Source of the DNA: an uncultured bacterium
GTDB taxonomy: Bacteria > Patescibacteriota > Minisyncoccia > Phycocordibacterales > Phycocordibacteraceae
Direction: 5' to 3'
DNA length: 64,000 nucleotides
NCBI GenBank assembly: GCA_947085985.1
Contig: CAMTYL010000003.1
Span: 137,239-201,238, forward strand
This document shows, piece after piece, positions 37,237-46,124 of this stretch (position 1 is the stretch's first letter; each line of letters opens with the position of its first letter). The position numbers were made by a program, and so were the translations under genes. Under the pieces are notes generated by a model that was not told the origin of the DNA, ran no database searches, and saw only the letters and a program-made list of their open reading frames with translations.

Positions 37237-39030
37237 CTATTCTTCTGAATCCTTTATAAACGAACCAGCCTGAATGCTCCAGAGTTTGTGGTAAAGGCCG
37301 CCTTCCTGCTTCAAGAGGTCGTCGTGGGTGCCGTCCGCAGCAATCTTTCCGTCTTCAATCACAATGATGCGGTCCATCTTCATGATGGTTGAGAGTCGGT
37401 GCGCAATTACGATAACCGTCTTCCCTTCCATAAGCGTCTTCAGCGCGTCTTGAATGAGCGACTCGCTCTCGGAGTCTAGTGCTGAGGTGGCTTCGTCCAG
37501 CACTAGGATAGGCGCGTTCTTTAGAATGGCACGTGCGATAGCAACGCGCTGGCGCTCACCACCAGAGAGTTTTACGCCGCGCTCACCCACGTGGGTGTCG
37601 TACCCTTCTGCAAGCTTAGAAATAAACTCGTGGCAGTGAGCCTTCTTTGCCGCTTCCATAATCTCCTCGTCTGTCGCGTCCGGCTTGCCGTACGCGATGT
37701 TTTCTTTCAGCGAACGGTGGAATAGTGTGGACTCCTGCGGAACAAAGGCAATGGCACGGCGTAGGCTTTGCTGTGTGACTGTCTTGATATCGGTACCATC
37801 AATAGTGATGCTGCCGCTGGTGACGTCGTGAAGGCGAAGCAAAAGCTTAGTGATAGTAGTCTTACCTGCTCCTGAGGGACCTACAAGCGCAACACGTTGC
37901 CCTGGCTGTATGGCAAGGTTGAAGTCACTGAGAACCTCACTTTTGTCTGCAAAAGCAAAGCCAACATTGTTAAAGGAAATGGTGCCCCTAGAGACAGAAA
38001 GCTCTGACGCCCCCTGGATATCCTGAATTGCATGCGGCTCCTCCATAACTTCAATCATCTCGTGGGCTTCAGAAAGTGCGTCAAATAATTGGCGCAGATT
38101 CCCGCTGACGCTTCCTATTTGGTCTATAAGGGATATGGCATATATTTGAATCAAGACAAGAGATCCTACAGTGATACTCCCCTGCCACCAGAGGTAAAAT
38201 CCTACTAAGAGAAGTGCTACCTGTGCAAAGCGGGTAAGAAAACCTTGAATGCCATATACGAGAACATCAGAATTCCAAGAGCGAGTGGTGGCTTGATACC
38301 AGTCGTACACCACGCTTGCGAAGTGTTTTGACTCGCCTACTTCTGCCGCAAACAGTGTGACTGCAGAATGATTCCCTACTGTATCTGAGAGCACACCAGT
38401 TAGACGACTGTCCTGTGCTGCGCGCGCAAGTTTATACTTGTAGCGCCATACGGTTAGAAAGTACATCAAGAGTACAAATAATATGGTCCACGTCAGCAGC
38501 CCAACTCCCAGATAGATGTTTTGAGTAAAGAGCACCACAATGACTCCAGTAGTAAACAGGAAGGTTGGAACCATGCCCTCCATGACACTATTGAAGATTT
38601 GTTGGTATGCGTGAGAGTATCTGCTTACACGACGCGTCAAAGTACCGGCGAAGTTATTTATGAAGAAATCATGACCGTGTCCAATGAGATAGCTAAATCC
38701 GCGAGTGAAAAGGTCGCGCGCAACACGGGCCTCTAGCTGCGTGACAGTCCACATTTGAATACGGACGCCAATCCAGTTCCCGGTCACTGCTAATGTGTAG
38801 AGGCCAAGCGCAAGAAGCATTACATGCAAATACTGCTGATCAACGCCGATGGTCGTCACCAGGTCAATAAAGTGTTTGAGAAAAAGCGGAGCAGCGATGC
38901 TGGTGCCAACGGTAGTAGCAATGCCAAGAAGTACACCAAGAAAGAACCACGGATACTTTGCCGTAGCGCGAGCATAATCTTTCAGCACTGACCACGCGTG
39001 GCCAGTCTTTTTGCCCTTAGCCTTCTTCAT
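37237..39030 (-). CDS. MsbA-like ABC exporter (fused permease and ATPase)
   Basis: 6-TM N-terminal domain. Walker A (GPSGAGKTT), LSGGERQRVAIARA, Walker B ILVLDEATSALD; 597 aa. Its last about 20 codons form repeat copy d (37259-37315). Confidence 0.85.
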   Translation of the reverse strand: MKKAKGKKTGHAWSVLKDYARATAKYPWFFLGVLLGIATTVGTSIAAPLFLKHFIDLVTTIGVDQQYLHVMLLALGLYTLAVTGNWIGVRIQMWTVTQLEARVARDLFTRGFSYLIGHGHDFFINNFAGTLTRRVSRYSHAYQQIFNSVMEGMVPTFLFTTGVIVVLFTQNIYLGVGLLTWTILFVLLMYFLTVWRYKYKLARAAQDSRLTGVLSDTVGNHSAVTLFAAEVGESKHFASVVYDWYQATTRSWNSDVLVYGIQGFLTRFAQVALLLVGFYLWWQGSITVGSLVLIQIYAISLIDQIGSVSGNLRQLFDALSEAHEMIEVMEEPHAIQDIQGASELSVSRGTISFNNVGFAFADKSEVLSDFNLAIQPGQRVALVGPSGAGKTTITKLLLRLHDVTSGSITIDGTDIKTVTQQSLRRAIAFVPQESTLFHRSLKENIAYGKPDATDEEIMEAAKKAHCHEFISKLAEGYDTHVGERGVKLSGGERQRVAIARAILKNAPILVLDEATSALDSESESLIQDALKTLMEGKTVIVIAHRLSTIMKMDRIIVIEDGKIAADGTHDDLLKQEGGLYHKLWSIQAGSFIKDSEE

Positions 39031-39086
39031 GAATGACTACTATACCACAGACGCTTGACGCGGCCCAAAAATGTTATGAAGCGTAC

Positions 39087-39590
39087 CTAGCGAATGAGTA
39101 CAAAAAATGCGACAAGCGGCGCAATAAGCCAGTAGAACAAGAACTGTTCTGGCACTACATAGGCTGCAATGGGAGGCGTTGCTGGGAGAATCCTGGCGAG
39201 GTTTAGGAAGTGATAGGAGACGGCTAGCAGTGCCCCTGCAGAAAGTCCCGAGAGCACAAAGAGCGGGAGCGGATGGATACTCATAAGTCCCATAGTGTTT
39301 ACACGACGAAGCACCAGGAACGGAAGTGCTGAGAGGAGTGCGTAGAGCAAAAGTGCTACCACTGCCTTGGTCATGCCATCGCCCACCATGAGATGCTCCT
39401 TCCAAGGGAATACGGTAAAGAGTCCAAAGCCAATATAGAACGAAAGCACGAGTGAGATGAAGGCGGGCCGTCCTGCACGAAGCGCAAACACAAACAGCAC
39501 TGCCGTAAGCACAATAAGTGCGAGGAAGTTCATAAGTATCGGAACCACTCCTGAGGCTCCGGTGTTTGCGAGTGCGGTCACTTGATCCAT
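39087..39590 (-). CDS. Hypothetical polytopic membrane protein
   Basis: 167 aa with 5-6 hydrophobic helices and no motif. Confidence 0.4.
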   Translation of the reverse strand: MDQVTALANTGASGVVPILMNFLALIVLTAVLFVFALRAGRPAFISLVLSFYIGFGLFTVFPWKEHLMVGDGMTKAVVALLLYALLSALPFLVLRRVNTMGLMSIHPLPLFVLSGLSAGALLAVSYHFLNLARILPATPPIAAYVVPEQFLFYWLIAPLVAFFVLIR

Positions 39591-39606
39591 GTGTACCTAG
39601 TATAAG

Positions 39607-39637
39607 CGAACGCGCGCCCGTTTCGGGCGCGCGTTCG
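39607..39637. terminator. GC-rich hairpin downstream of dnaJ
   Basis: gaacgcgcgcccg-ttt-cgggcgcgcgttc perfect 13-bp stem. The U-tract is weak. Confidence 0.4.
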
Positions 39638-39650
39638 TTGCATCTGTGTA

Positions 39651-40721
39651 CTACAGACCCTCGCTCTTCAACTCTTCAATCAGTTTCTTAGTCTTACCAG
39701 AGAGTTTCTTCGGCATAGTGATGGAAAGCTTGATGAGCAGGTCACCACTATGTCCCTCCATCTGCACACCTTTACCGCGCAGACGTATGGTTTCCTCTGG
39801 TGCGGTCATTGGTGGAATCTTTACTTCCAGTTTCTTGCCATCAATAGTCTCTATGGTCACGGTGGTACCGACAAGTGCATCGGTGAGCTTCATCGGCATG
39901 CTCATCACGAGGTTCACCCCATCCTTGCGGTACACTGCGTGCGGCTTTACGTGCACTTTGATATAGAGGTCGCCTGAAGCGCCACCCTTGATTGCTTCGC
40001 CTTGTCCTGGCATGCGAAGCATCTCCCCGCCATCTATTCCTGCTGGTACCGGAATGGTGATCTCTTGCTCGCGCTTTAGTACGCCGTGACCAGAACAGGT
40101 AGCGCACTTCTCTTTTGGAATCTGGCCGGTGCCGTCGCACGCAGAACACGGCCTGACACTTGAGAACGCACCGAGCGGTGAATTGCGCGTCTCGTGCACA
40201 CGACCCTGGCCGTTACAGGTGCTACAGGTCTTCATCTCGGTGTTTGGCTTTGCACCCGAGCCATGACAAACGTCACACTTTGCTACCTTCGTGATGAGCA
40301 CCTGACGGCGGGTACCCTCTACGGACTCCTTGAATGAGATCTCAACGTCCATGGAGATGTCCCGGCCGCGCTTTGTGCGTGTTCGTCCGCCACCAGCGCC
40401 ACTGAACAAATCGCCAAACAAGTCGGAGAAATCAAACTCTACTCCTCCGTTGCCAAAGCCGCTGAACTGCGACGGGTCAAAGCCATTGAAGCCGCCGGCA
40501 CCTGCGCCTCCTCCATTGAAACTCTGTCCGTACGCATCGTACTCCCGGCGCTTCTTGTCGTCGGAAAGGATGCTGTACGCTTCAGTGATTTCCTTAAACT
40601 TCGCTTCCTCGCCCCCCTTGTCTGGGTGGTGCTTCTGCGCAAGCTTTCGGAACGCCTTCTTTATGTCGTCTGAGGTGGCCTTCTTATCCACCCCGAGTGT
40701 TTCGTAGTAGTTTTTAGCCAT
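39651..40721 (-). CDS. dnaJ: Chaperone DnaJ
   Basis: J domain ([31 protein letters not shown]), G/F-rich region, four CxxCxGxG zinc-finger repeats. Confidence 0.9.
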   Translation of the reverse strand: MAKNYYETLGVDKKATSDDIKKAFRKLAQKHHPDKGGEEAKFKEITEAYSILSDDKKRREYDAYGQSFNGGGAGAGGFNGFDPSQFSGFGNGGVEFDFSDLFGDLFSGAGGGRTRTKRGRDISMDVEISFKESVEGTRRQVLITKVAKCDVCHGSGAKPNTEMKTCSTCNGQGRVHETRNSPLGAFSSVRPCSACDGTGQIPKEKCATCSGHGVLKREQEITIPVPAGIDGGEMLRMPGQGEAIKGGASGDLYIKVHVKPHAVYRKDGVNLVMSMPMKLTDALVGTTVTIETIDGKKLEVKIPPMTAPEETIRLRGKGVQMEGHSGDLLIKLSITMPKKLSGKTKKLIEELKSEGL

Positions 40722-40801
40722 GTATTAAAACACTATACACCACTCAGTTTTTGTATCAAAAGCGAAGGGGCGGCCGTATGTTTACGTGCCGCCCCCGTGT
40801 G

Positions 40802-41044
40802 TTACGCCGTCCTGCTGATGACAAGACGGAGTGTAGGCTGCCGGCACCGTTTCAGGTGCGGGTGCGATTCCTGCAAATCGTGGATGCAGGACCGCACTGT
40901 GGTCAACTTCGGAAAATGGACACCCCGAACTCGTCCGGCTGCGACGACGCGGTCGCTGTAGACCGCGCACGCAACTTGGAAGGGGTTGAAGGTCCTGTGA
41001 GGACTCGCCCGAAAGACAGCGAGAATCTCTTCCTTGAGCGCCAT
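40802..41044 (-). CDS. Hypothetical small protein (80 aa) in a GC-rich insert between dnaK and dnaJ
   Basis: An ORF from MALKEEILAVF... The surrounding ~350 bp are markedly GC-rich relative to the flanks. A longer ORF version overlaps the dnaK 3' end and is rejected. Confidence 0.2.
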   Translation of the reverse strand: MALKEEILAVFRASPHRTFNPFQVACAVYSDRVVAAGRVRGVHFPKLTTVRSCIHDLQESHPHLKRCRQPTLRLVISRTA

Positions 41045-41119
41045 GTGGTGTTCCTCCCTAAACGGCGAACCCGAGGTCAGCTTACCCCCAATTTTTAGAC
41101 TGTCTAGAGGATGCTGTGC

Positions 41120-41155
41120 AAAACAAAGCGCGGCCTGGTGGCCGCGCGTTGTTTT
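41120..41155 (-). terminator. Rho-independent terminator of dnaK
   Basis: aaaacaaagcgcggcc-tggt-ggccgcgcgttgtttt. On the minus strand the stem is followed by a tttgtttt U-tract. Confidence 0.55.
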
Positions 41156-41174
41156 CCTCTCGTATAATTTCTGC

Positions 41175-43061
41175 TTACTCAGCTGGCTTCTCGGTGAACT
41201 CAGCGTCGGTAGCGCCAGCTTCAGGGGCTGCTCCTTCTGCGGGAGCACCTTCCGCCTGCTTCTTTTGCATAGCCTCACCAATCTTTTGCATAGATGCGCT
41301 CAGCGCTTCACTTGCGGCCGTGATAGCTGCCATGTCGTCACCCTCGCGCGCGGTCTTTAGAGCGGCAATCTTCTCGTTGACTTCCGCGACGACTTCCTCG
41401 CCTGCAGCTTCGCCGTTGTCCTTCACGGCTTTCTCTGCGGTGTAGACAAGCTGCTCAGCAATGTTCTTTGCATCAATCAGCTCCTTCTTCTTTGCGTCCT
41501 CTGCAGCGTGCACATCCGCGTCAGCCTTCATCTTCTCAATATCCTCCTTGGAAAGTCCGGTGGAGCCTTCAATGCGAATGCTTTGCTCCTTGCCGCTGGT
41601 CTTCTCTACGGCCTTTACGGTGAGAATACCGTTTGAGTCCACATCAAAGGATACTTCTACCTGTGGCATGCCACGCGGTGCTGGAGGGATACCCTCTAAC
41701 ATGAAGCGACCGAGTGACTTGTTATCGGCGCTCATCGCGCGCTCTCCCTGGGTGATGTGAATGTCCACGCCGGTCTGGTTATCCGAGGCAGTGGAGAACG
41801 TCTGCGAGCGAGAGGTTGGAATGGCGGTGTTGCGCTCAATAAGCTTGGTAGCAACACCCCCCATAGTCTCAATAGAGAGTGAGAGCGGGATAACGTCCAC
41901 AAGAAGAATATCCTTTACGTCGCCCTGAAGAATTCCGGCCTGAATAGCAGCGCCAATGGCTACCACTTCGTCCGGGTTCACGGTGAGGTTTGGCTCTCTT
42001 CCAAATAGCTTCTTCACCTCTTCCTGAATCTTGGGCATGCGTGTCTGACCACCGACGAGGATTACCTCGTTGATATCGGACGGCTTTAGGTTCGCCGCTT
42101 CAAGTGCGCGCTTGGTGATATCGAGTGCGCGGGTGACAAACTCATCAGAAAGCGACTCAAGGGTAGCGCGTGAGAGCTTCACCAACAGGTGCTGCGGCGC
42201 GCTGTCTGCTCCTACAGTGATGAATGGAATGTTCACCTCAGTTTCAGAAGAGCTTGAGAGCTCGTGCTTTGCCTTCTCTGCTCCCTCGTCGAGGCGCTGA
42301 AGTGCGAGAGGGTCCTTTGTTACATCAATACCCGTCTCTTTCTTAAACTCATCCGCAAGGTAGCGAACAATCTTCTGGTCGATATCGCGACCACCCATGT
42401 GTGCGTCTCCGTCGGTACTCTTTACCTCAACCACATCGTCACCTACTTCAAGGATAGACACGTCAAAGGTTCCTCCGCCGAAGTCAAACACTGCAATCTT
42501 CTCTTCCTTCTTCTTGTTGAAACCGTATGCGAGTGCTGCTGCGGTTGGCTCGTTGATGATGCGCATCACCTTAAGTCCTGCTACTTCTCCTGCTGCCTTG
42601 GTAGCGGCGCGCTGTGAGTCGTCAAAGTATGCTGGCACGGTGATGACCGCTTCAGTGATTTTCTCTCCAAGCTTTGCCTCTGCGTCGGTCTTGAGCTTTG
42701 TAAGAATCATTGCTGACACTTCCTCTGGGCGGTAGTCCTTGTCTCCAAGGTGCACCTCGACGCCACCGGTTGCTCCAGCCTTAATTTCGTACGGCACGAC
42801 GGTCTTGTCGTTCTGCACATCCTTGTCACTAAAACTGTGACCCATGAAGCGCTTGATACCGTAGATGGTGTTCTTTGGGTTGGTCACTGCCTGGCGCTTT
42901 GCAAGCGTTCCCACAAGGCGCTCACCGTTCTTGGCAATTGCCACTACTGACGGCGTGGTGCGCTGTCCTTCTGCGTTTTCTAGCACGCGTGGCTCGCCTC
43001 CCTCCATGATAGCCATGGCGGAGTTTGTGGTGCCGAGGTCAATACCGAGAATTTTTGCCAT
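41175..43061 (-). CDS. dnaK: Chaperone DnaK (Hsp70)
   Basis: [17 protein letters not shown], Hsp70 signatures throughout; 628 aa. Confidence 0.95.
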   Translation of the reverse strand: MAKILGIDLGTTNSAMAIMEGGEPRVLENAEGQRTTPSVVAIAKNGERLVGTLAKRQAVTNPKNTIYGIKRFMGHSFSDKDVQNDKTVVPYEIKAGATGGVEVHLGDKDYRPEEVSAMILTKLKTDAEAKLGEKITEAVITVPAYFDDSQRAATKAAGEVAGLKVMRIINEPTAAALAYGFNKKKEEKIAVFDFGGGTFDVSILEVGDDVVEVKSTDGDAHMGGRDIDQKIVRYLADEFKKETGIDVTKDPLALQRLDEGAEKAKHELSSSSETEVNIPFITVGADSAPQHLLVKLSRATLESLSDEFVTRALDITKRALEAANLKPSDINEVILVGGQTRMPKIQEEVKKLFGREPNLTVNPDEVVAIGAAIQAGILQGDVKDILLVDVIPLSLSIETMGGVATKLIERNTAIPTSRSQTFSTASDNQTGVDIHITQGERAMSADNKSLGRFMLEGIPPAPRGMPQVEVSFDVDSNGILTVKAVEKTSGKEQSIRIEGSTGLSKEDIEKMKADADVHAAEDAKKKELIDAKNIAEQLVYTAEKAVKDNGEAAGEEVVAEVNEKIAALKTAREGDDMAAITAASEALSASMQKIGEAMQKKQAEGAPAEGAAPEAGATDAEFTEKPAE

Positions 43062-43172
43062 AGTGTTTGCAATTACTACTGTAATAAAAGTGGATGTATA
43101 TCCATTCTGTTCGCCCCGATTCGCCCAAGTACTACCAGTTTACACCCGCCCGTTTTTAGGTTCAAGTAGGGG

Positions 43173-43724
43173 CTAGCTTGCCGAGCCAACGCGCACCTTT
43201 GCTGCGCGAATGACAGTGTCGCCTGCCTTCCAACCTTGCTCCAGTACGGCGGTGACGGTGTCGTCGAGTAGTATGTCGGCAACGACGTCCTGTCCAAGTG
43301 CCTCGTGCTGCTCTGGGTTGAATGCCTCGCCTACTTCTCCAAAAGGCGCCAAGCCGAGTGACGTCGCTGCAGCATGTATCTGCTTTGCAATGGCCTGGAA
43401 TGCCTCTGGAACCTCTCCTGCGGCCTCTGCGCGCGTGAGAGAGTCCAACACACCAATGAAAGCCTTTGCTGCCTTTACGGTGCCCTTACCCTCGGCCTGC
43501 TTCTTCTCGTCCTCTGTGCGGGTGAGCACGTTTACATAGTCGGCTTTAGCGCGCTGCCAGCCGTCCATGTACTCTTGGCGCTCTGCCTTGCAGGCCTCAA
43601 GCTCTTTTTTAATCTTTGCTACCTTTGCGCCCTCGCGAGATTCGGTTGCTTCAAGCTCTTCTTCGCTCATACCAATCTCTTCTGCTCCATCTGCCTCAAT
43701 GTTGATGTCATCGTGGTCGTTCAT
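43173..43724 (-). CDS. grpE: Nucleotide exchange factor GrpE
   Basis: Acidic N-terminus, long helix (…RAKADYVNVLTRTEDEK…) and C-terminal beta-domain. Position upstream of dnaK. Confidence 0.75.
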   Translation of the reverse strand: MNDHDDINIEADGAEEIGMSEEELEATESREGAKVAKIKKELEACKAERQEYMDGWQRAKADYVNVLTRTEDEKKQAEGKGTVKAAKAFIGVLDSLTRAEAAGEVPEAFQAIAKQIHAAATSLGLAPFGEVGEAFNPEQHEALGQDVVADILLDDTVTAVLEQGWKAGDTVIRAAKVRVGSAS

Positions 43725-43776
43725 GTATAGAATATGCCTGAACTTTTGACCCGCGTCAAAATGTCCGTACCCTGCG

Positions 43777-44253
43777 CTATGAGATGAGTTCGTAGTTCGT
43801 TATCTGCCAGCCGTCCGGTCCCTGAGCCACGGTCAGCATAACGGGAAACCAAGTAGTAGGGGCCGTCGGACTGTAATCCTTCTCCTTCGTAATTACCCAG
43901 GCCTCTACCAAGTATGTGCCGTCTGACTGCTTGTCAATTTTCTGAATCTCCATACGGTCAGGCCACACGTCTTCTGTTCTGCCTGGAGCTGTTGCTGGGT
44001 TTGCCTTCCACGCATCGAGCAGGTCGGGGCGCACGTACAGCGCGTAACGAGCATCAATATTTTTTGCAATATTCTCCTTCGTGTCGTTGAGGCGAACCTG
44101 ACTAAGTTCATCACCGAAGTAGGTCACCACTGCTCTTACCTGCACATCATTTGAATATACTTTGGCGGGTGGGTTAAGAAAGAAATACAGTACGAGACCA
44201 ACAATGATGAGTCCTACTGCTGCTGCTGCGATATAGAGTGGGCGTTTTTTCAT
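43777..44253 (-). CDS. Hypothetical membrane-anchored periplasmic protein
   Basis: N-terminal TM (LYIAAAAVGLIIVGLVLYFF), 158 aa. Confidence 0.35.
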   Translation of the reverse strand: MKKRPLYIAAAAVGLIIVGLVLYFFLNPPAKVYSNDVQVRAVVTYFGDELSQVRLNDTKENIAKNIDARYALYVRPDLLDAWKANPATAPGRTEDVWPDRMEIQKIDKQSDGTYLVEAWVITKEKDYSPTAPTTWFPVMLTVAQGPDGWQITNYELIS

Positions 44254-44278
44254 ATATCTCTATAGTACCAAATATCTA

Positions 44279-44854
44279 CTAACTCCGTACGAATAGGGAC
44301 GCCACCCAGTTCCTGATTGAGGTCCACATACGAGCAAAGAATCCGGGATTCTCTTGTTCTGTTTCAGTAACAATCTGCTGGGGTATGGCACTAGGGCTTT
44401 CCACCGGAGCTTCTGAAGTCACTACTGGCGCAGGCGCAGGCGGTTTTGTGGGCGAAGCTGCGGCGTACTCTGTGCAGTATCCAGCTGCTGGCTCGTTCAT
44501 GCAGGCTCTCAAGGTACACATGGACTGGCCCTGCGAGTTTCTGCTACAGCTATTACAGCCATCAAACCAGGCAACGCACGTCGCTGGCGGTACGTACGGC
44601 TGCGTTTGTGGCTTCACCGGTCCGGATTCTGTCGCTGTGCACTCTCCATCGTGAATAAAAGTGCCCTTTTCAACCCCAAGGACGCAGGAGTTTCCATACG
44701 TATGGTATACGGGGTAGCACGGCGCACTTACGCACTGTACGGGCTTAGCGCCACATACAGGCTGGTACTGCATGGTGCACATAGTAGTTTCCGCCGCCTG
44801 CACAGACAGTGGTGAAAGTAGAACGGTAATGGCAAGCACAAGGTATATGGGCAT
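44279..44854 (-). CDS. Secreted Cys-rich protein with a Kazal-like protease-inhibitor module
   Basis: Signal peptide. C-x-QPVCGA-x-C-x-TYGNSCVL-x-C spacing resembles Kazal (…PVCG…TY.N.C…C). A second Cys-rich module and a Pro/Ala-rich tail follow. Confidence 0.4.
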   Translation of the reverse strand: MPIYLVLAITVLLSPLSVQAAETTMCTMQYQPVCGAKPVQCVSAPCYPVYHTYGNSCVLGVEKGTFIHDGECTATESGPVKPQTQPYVPPATCVAWFDGCNSCSRNSQGQSMCTLRACMNEPAAGYCTEYAAASPTKPPAPAPVVTSEAPVESPSAIPQQIVTETEQENPGFFARMWTSIRNWVASLFVRS

Positions 44855-44938
44855 GGATTGTACAGGTACAGACGGTGGTGAGGGGCTTCTATTACAAGAA
44901 GCGGCCCCGTACGGGGCCGCTTCTCATTTCTTTGAAAA

Positions 44939-45343
44939 CTAACGCTTAGACCACTGTGGAGCCTTGCGAGCCTTGCGAAGTCCTGGCTTCTTACGCTCCT
45001 TGGCGCGAGGGTCGCGAGTAAGAAGACCTGCCTTCTTTAGTGCACCGCGCTGGTTCTCCTCTGCCTTGATAAGTGCGCGCGCGATAGCGTGACGGACAGC
45101 ACCAGCCTGAGCTGCGATACCTCCTCCTGCTACCTTTGCGAGGATCTCGTAGTCCTGCTTCGCCTCTACCGTCTTAAACACGTCGCCGGTGACAGCTTCA
45201 CGCTGTGCTGTCTTGAAGTACTCAAGTGCGCTCATGCCGTTTACAGTCACGGTTGTCTTTGCAGCCGGAGTCATCTTCACGCGTGCAGACGCAGTCTTGC
45301 GACGGCCTACAGCAACTACGAAATTATCTTTGGTCTCTGGCAT
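44939..45343 (-). CDS. rpsI: 30S ribosomal protein S9
   Basis: GRRKTASARV... and C-terminal ...PQWSKR. Confidence 0.9.
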   Translation of the reverse strand: MPETKDNFVVAVGRRKTASARVKMTPAAKTTVTVNGMSALEYFKTAQREAVTGDVFKTVEAKQDYEILAKVAGGGIAAQAGAVRHAIARALIKAEENQRGALKKAGLLTRDPRAKERKKPGLRKARKAPQWSKR

Positions 45344-45348
45344 ACAAA

Positions 45349-45726
45349 TTAATCAGTGATAGTAAGACGCTTCATGCGCTCCTTGCGGAGCTTGTTGCGT
45401 GGAATCATGCCGTCCACAGCCTTCTCAACTGCAGCACGAACACCCTTGTTCTCAATAAGGCGTGCAAGCGGTGTGATACGAAGACCACCTGGGTAGCCAG
45501 TGTAGCGTGCGTACTCCTTGCCCTTGATGCGCTTCTCAGTCATAAGAAGCTGGTTTGCGTTCTCAATGGTGACTTCAACCTCAGATACCTCGTTCTTCAT
45601 GAACTGAGCTGAGTGCTTGCCAAGAAGGCGAGATGCAGCCTCTGAAGCAACACGACCAAGTGACTGGCCTGCCGCATCAATAGCGTAGTGTGTGCGATCT
45701 CCCTTCTGTGTCTTAGTGATATTCAT
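45349..45726 (-). CDS. rplM: 50S ribosomal protein L13
   Basis: L13 fold signature (…GRLASEVAS..LLGKH…), directly upstream of rpsI. Confidence 0.9.
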   Translation of the reverse strand: MNITKTQKGDRTHYAIDAAGQSLGRVASEAASRLLGKHSAQFMKNEVSEVEVTIENANQLLMTEKRIKGKEYARYTGYPGGLRITPLARLIENKGVRAAVEKAVDGMIPRNKLRKERMKRLTITD

Positions 45727-45737
45727 GGTCGGCAGGA

Positions 45738-46088
45738 TTATACGAATGCGATGTAGGCGTTCTTCTTGCCGTCCACGCTGATAGCACGCTTCACGATGCG
45801 GGTGTAGCCACCTGGGCGCTCGGTGTAGCGAGGAGCAATAGCGGTGAAGAGCTTCGCGGTAGCCTCGTCATCGTTTCCAAGACGAGCTGCTACTAGACGG
45901 CGGTTAGCTACATTGTCTACGCGAGCGTGAGACACGAGCTTCTCAATCACAGGGCGGAGTTCCTTAGCCTTAGCCTCGGTCGTCGAAATACGCTCATGAA
46001 TGATGAGCGAACGCATGAGGCCACGCAAGAGCGCTACGCGCTGGTCGTGCGTGCGGCCGAAAGTCCTACCTTTGTGATGATGACGCAT
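45738..46088 (-). CDS. rplQ: 50S ribosomal protein L17
   Basis: MRHHHKGRTFGRTHDQRVALLRGL... is the L17 N-terminus. Follows rpoA. Confidence 0.9.
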   Translation of the reverse strand: MRHHHKGRTFGRTHDQRVALLRGLMRSLIIHERISTTEAKAKELRPVIEKLVSHARVDNVANRRLVAARLGNDDEATAKLFTAIAPRYTERPGGYTRIVKRAISVDGKKNAYIAFV

Positions 46089-46124
46089 ATATCTGTTTTA
46101 ACACGAATTCCTAATCCCGTCTAT

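Noticed and set aside
40802-41281. 159-aa ORF overlapping the 3' end of dnaK
   Set aside because: The upstream half overlaps dnaK in another frame and is Arg/Ser-rich. Only the distal 80 codons (from MALKEEIL) were kept, as a low-confidence small ORF.
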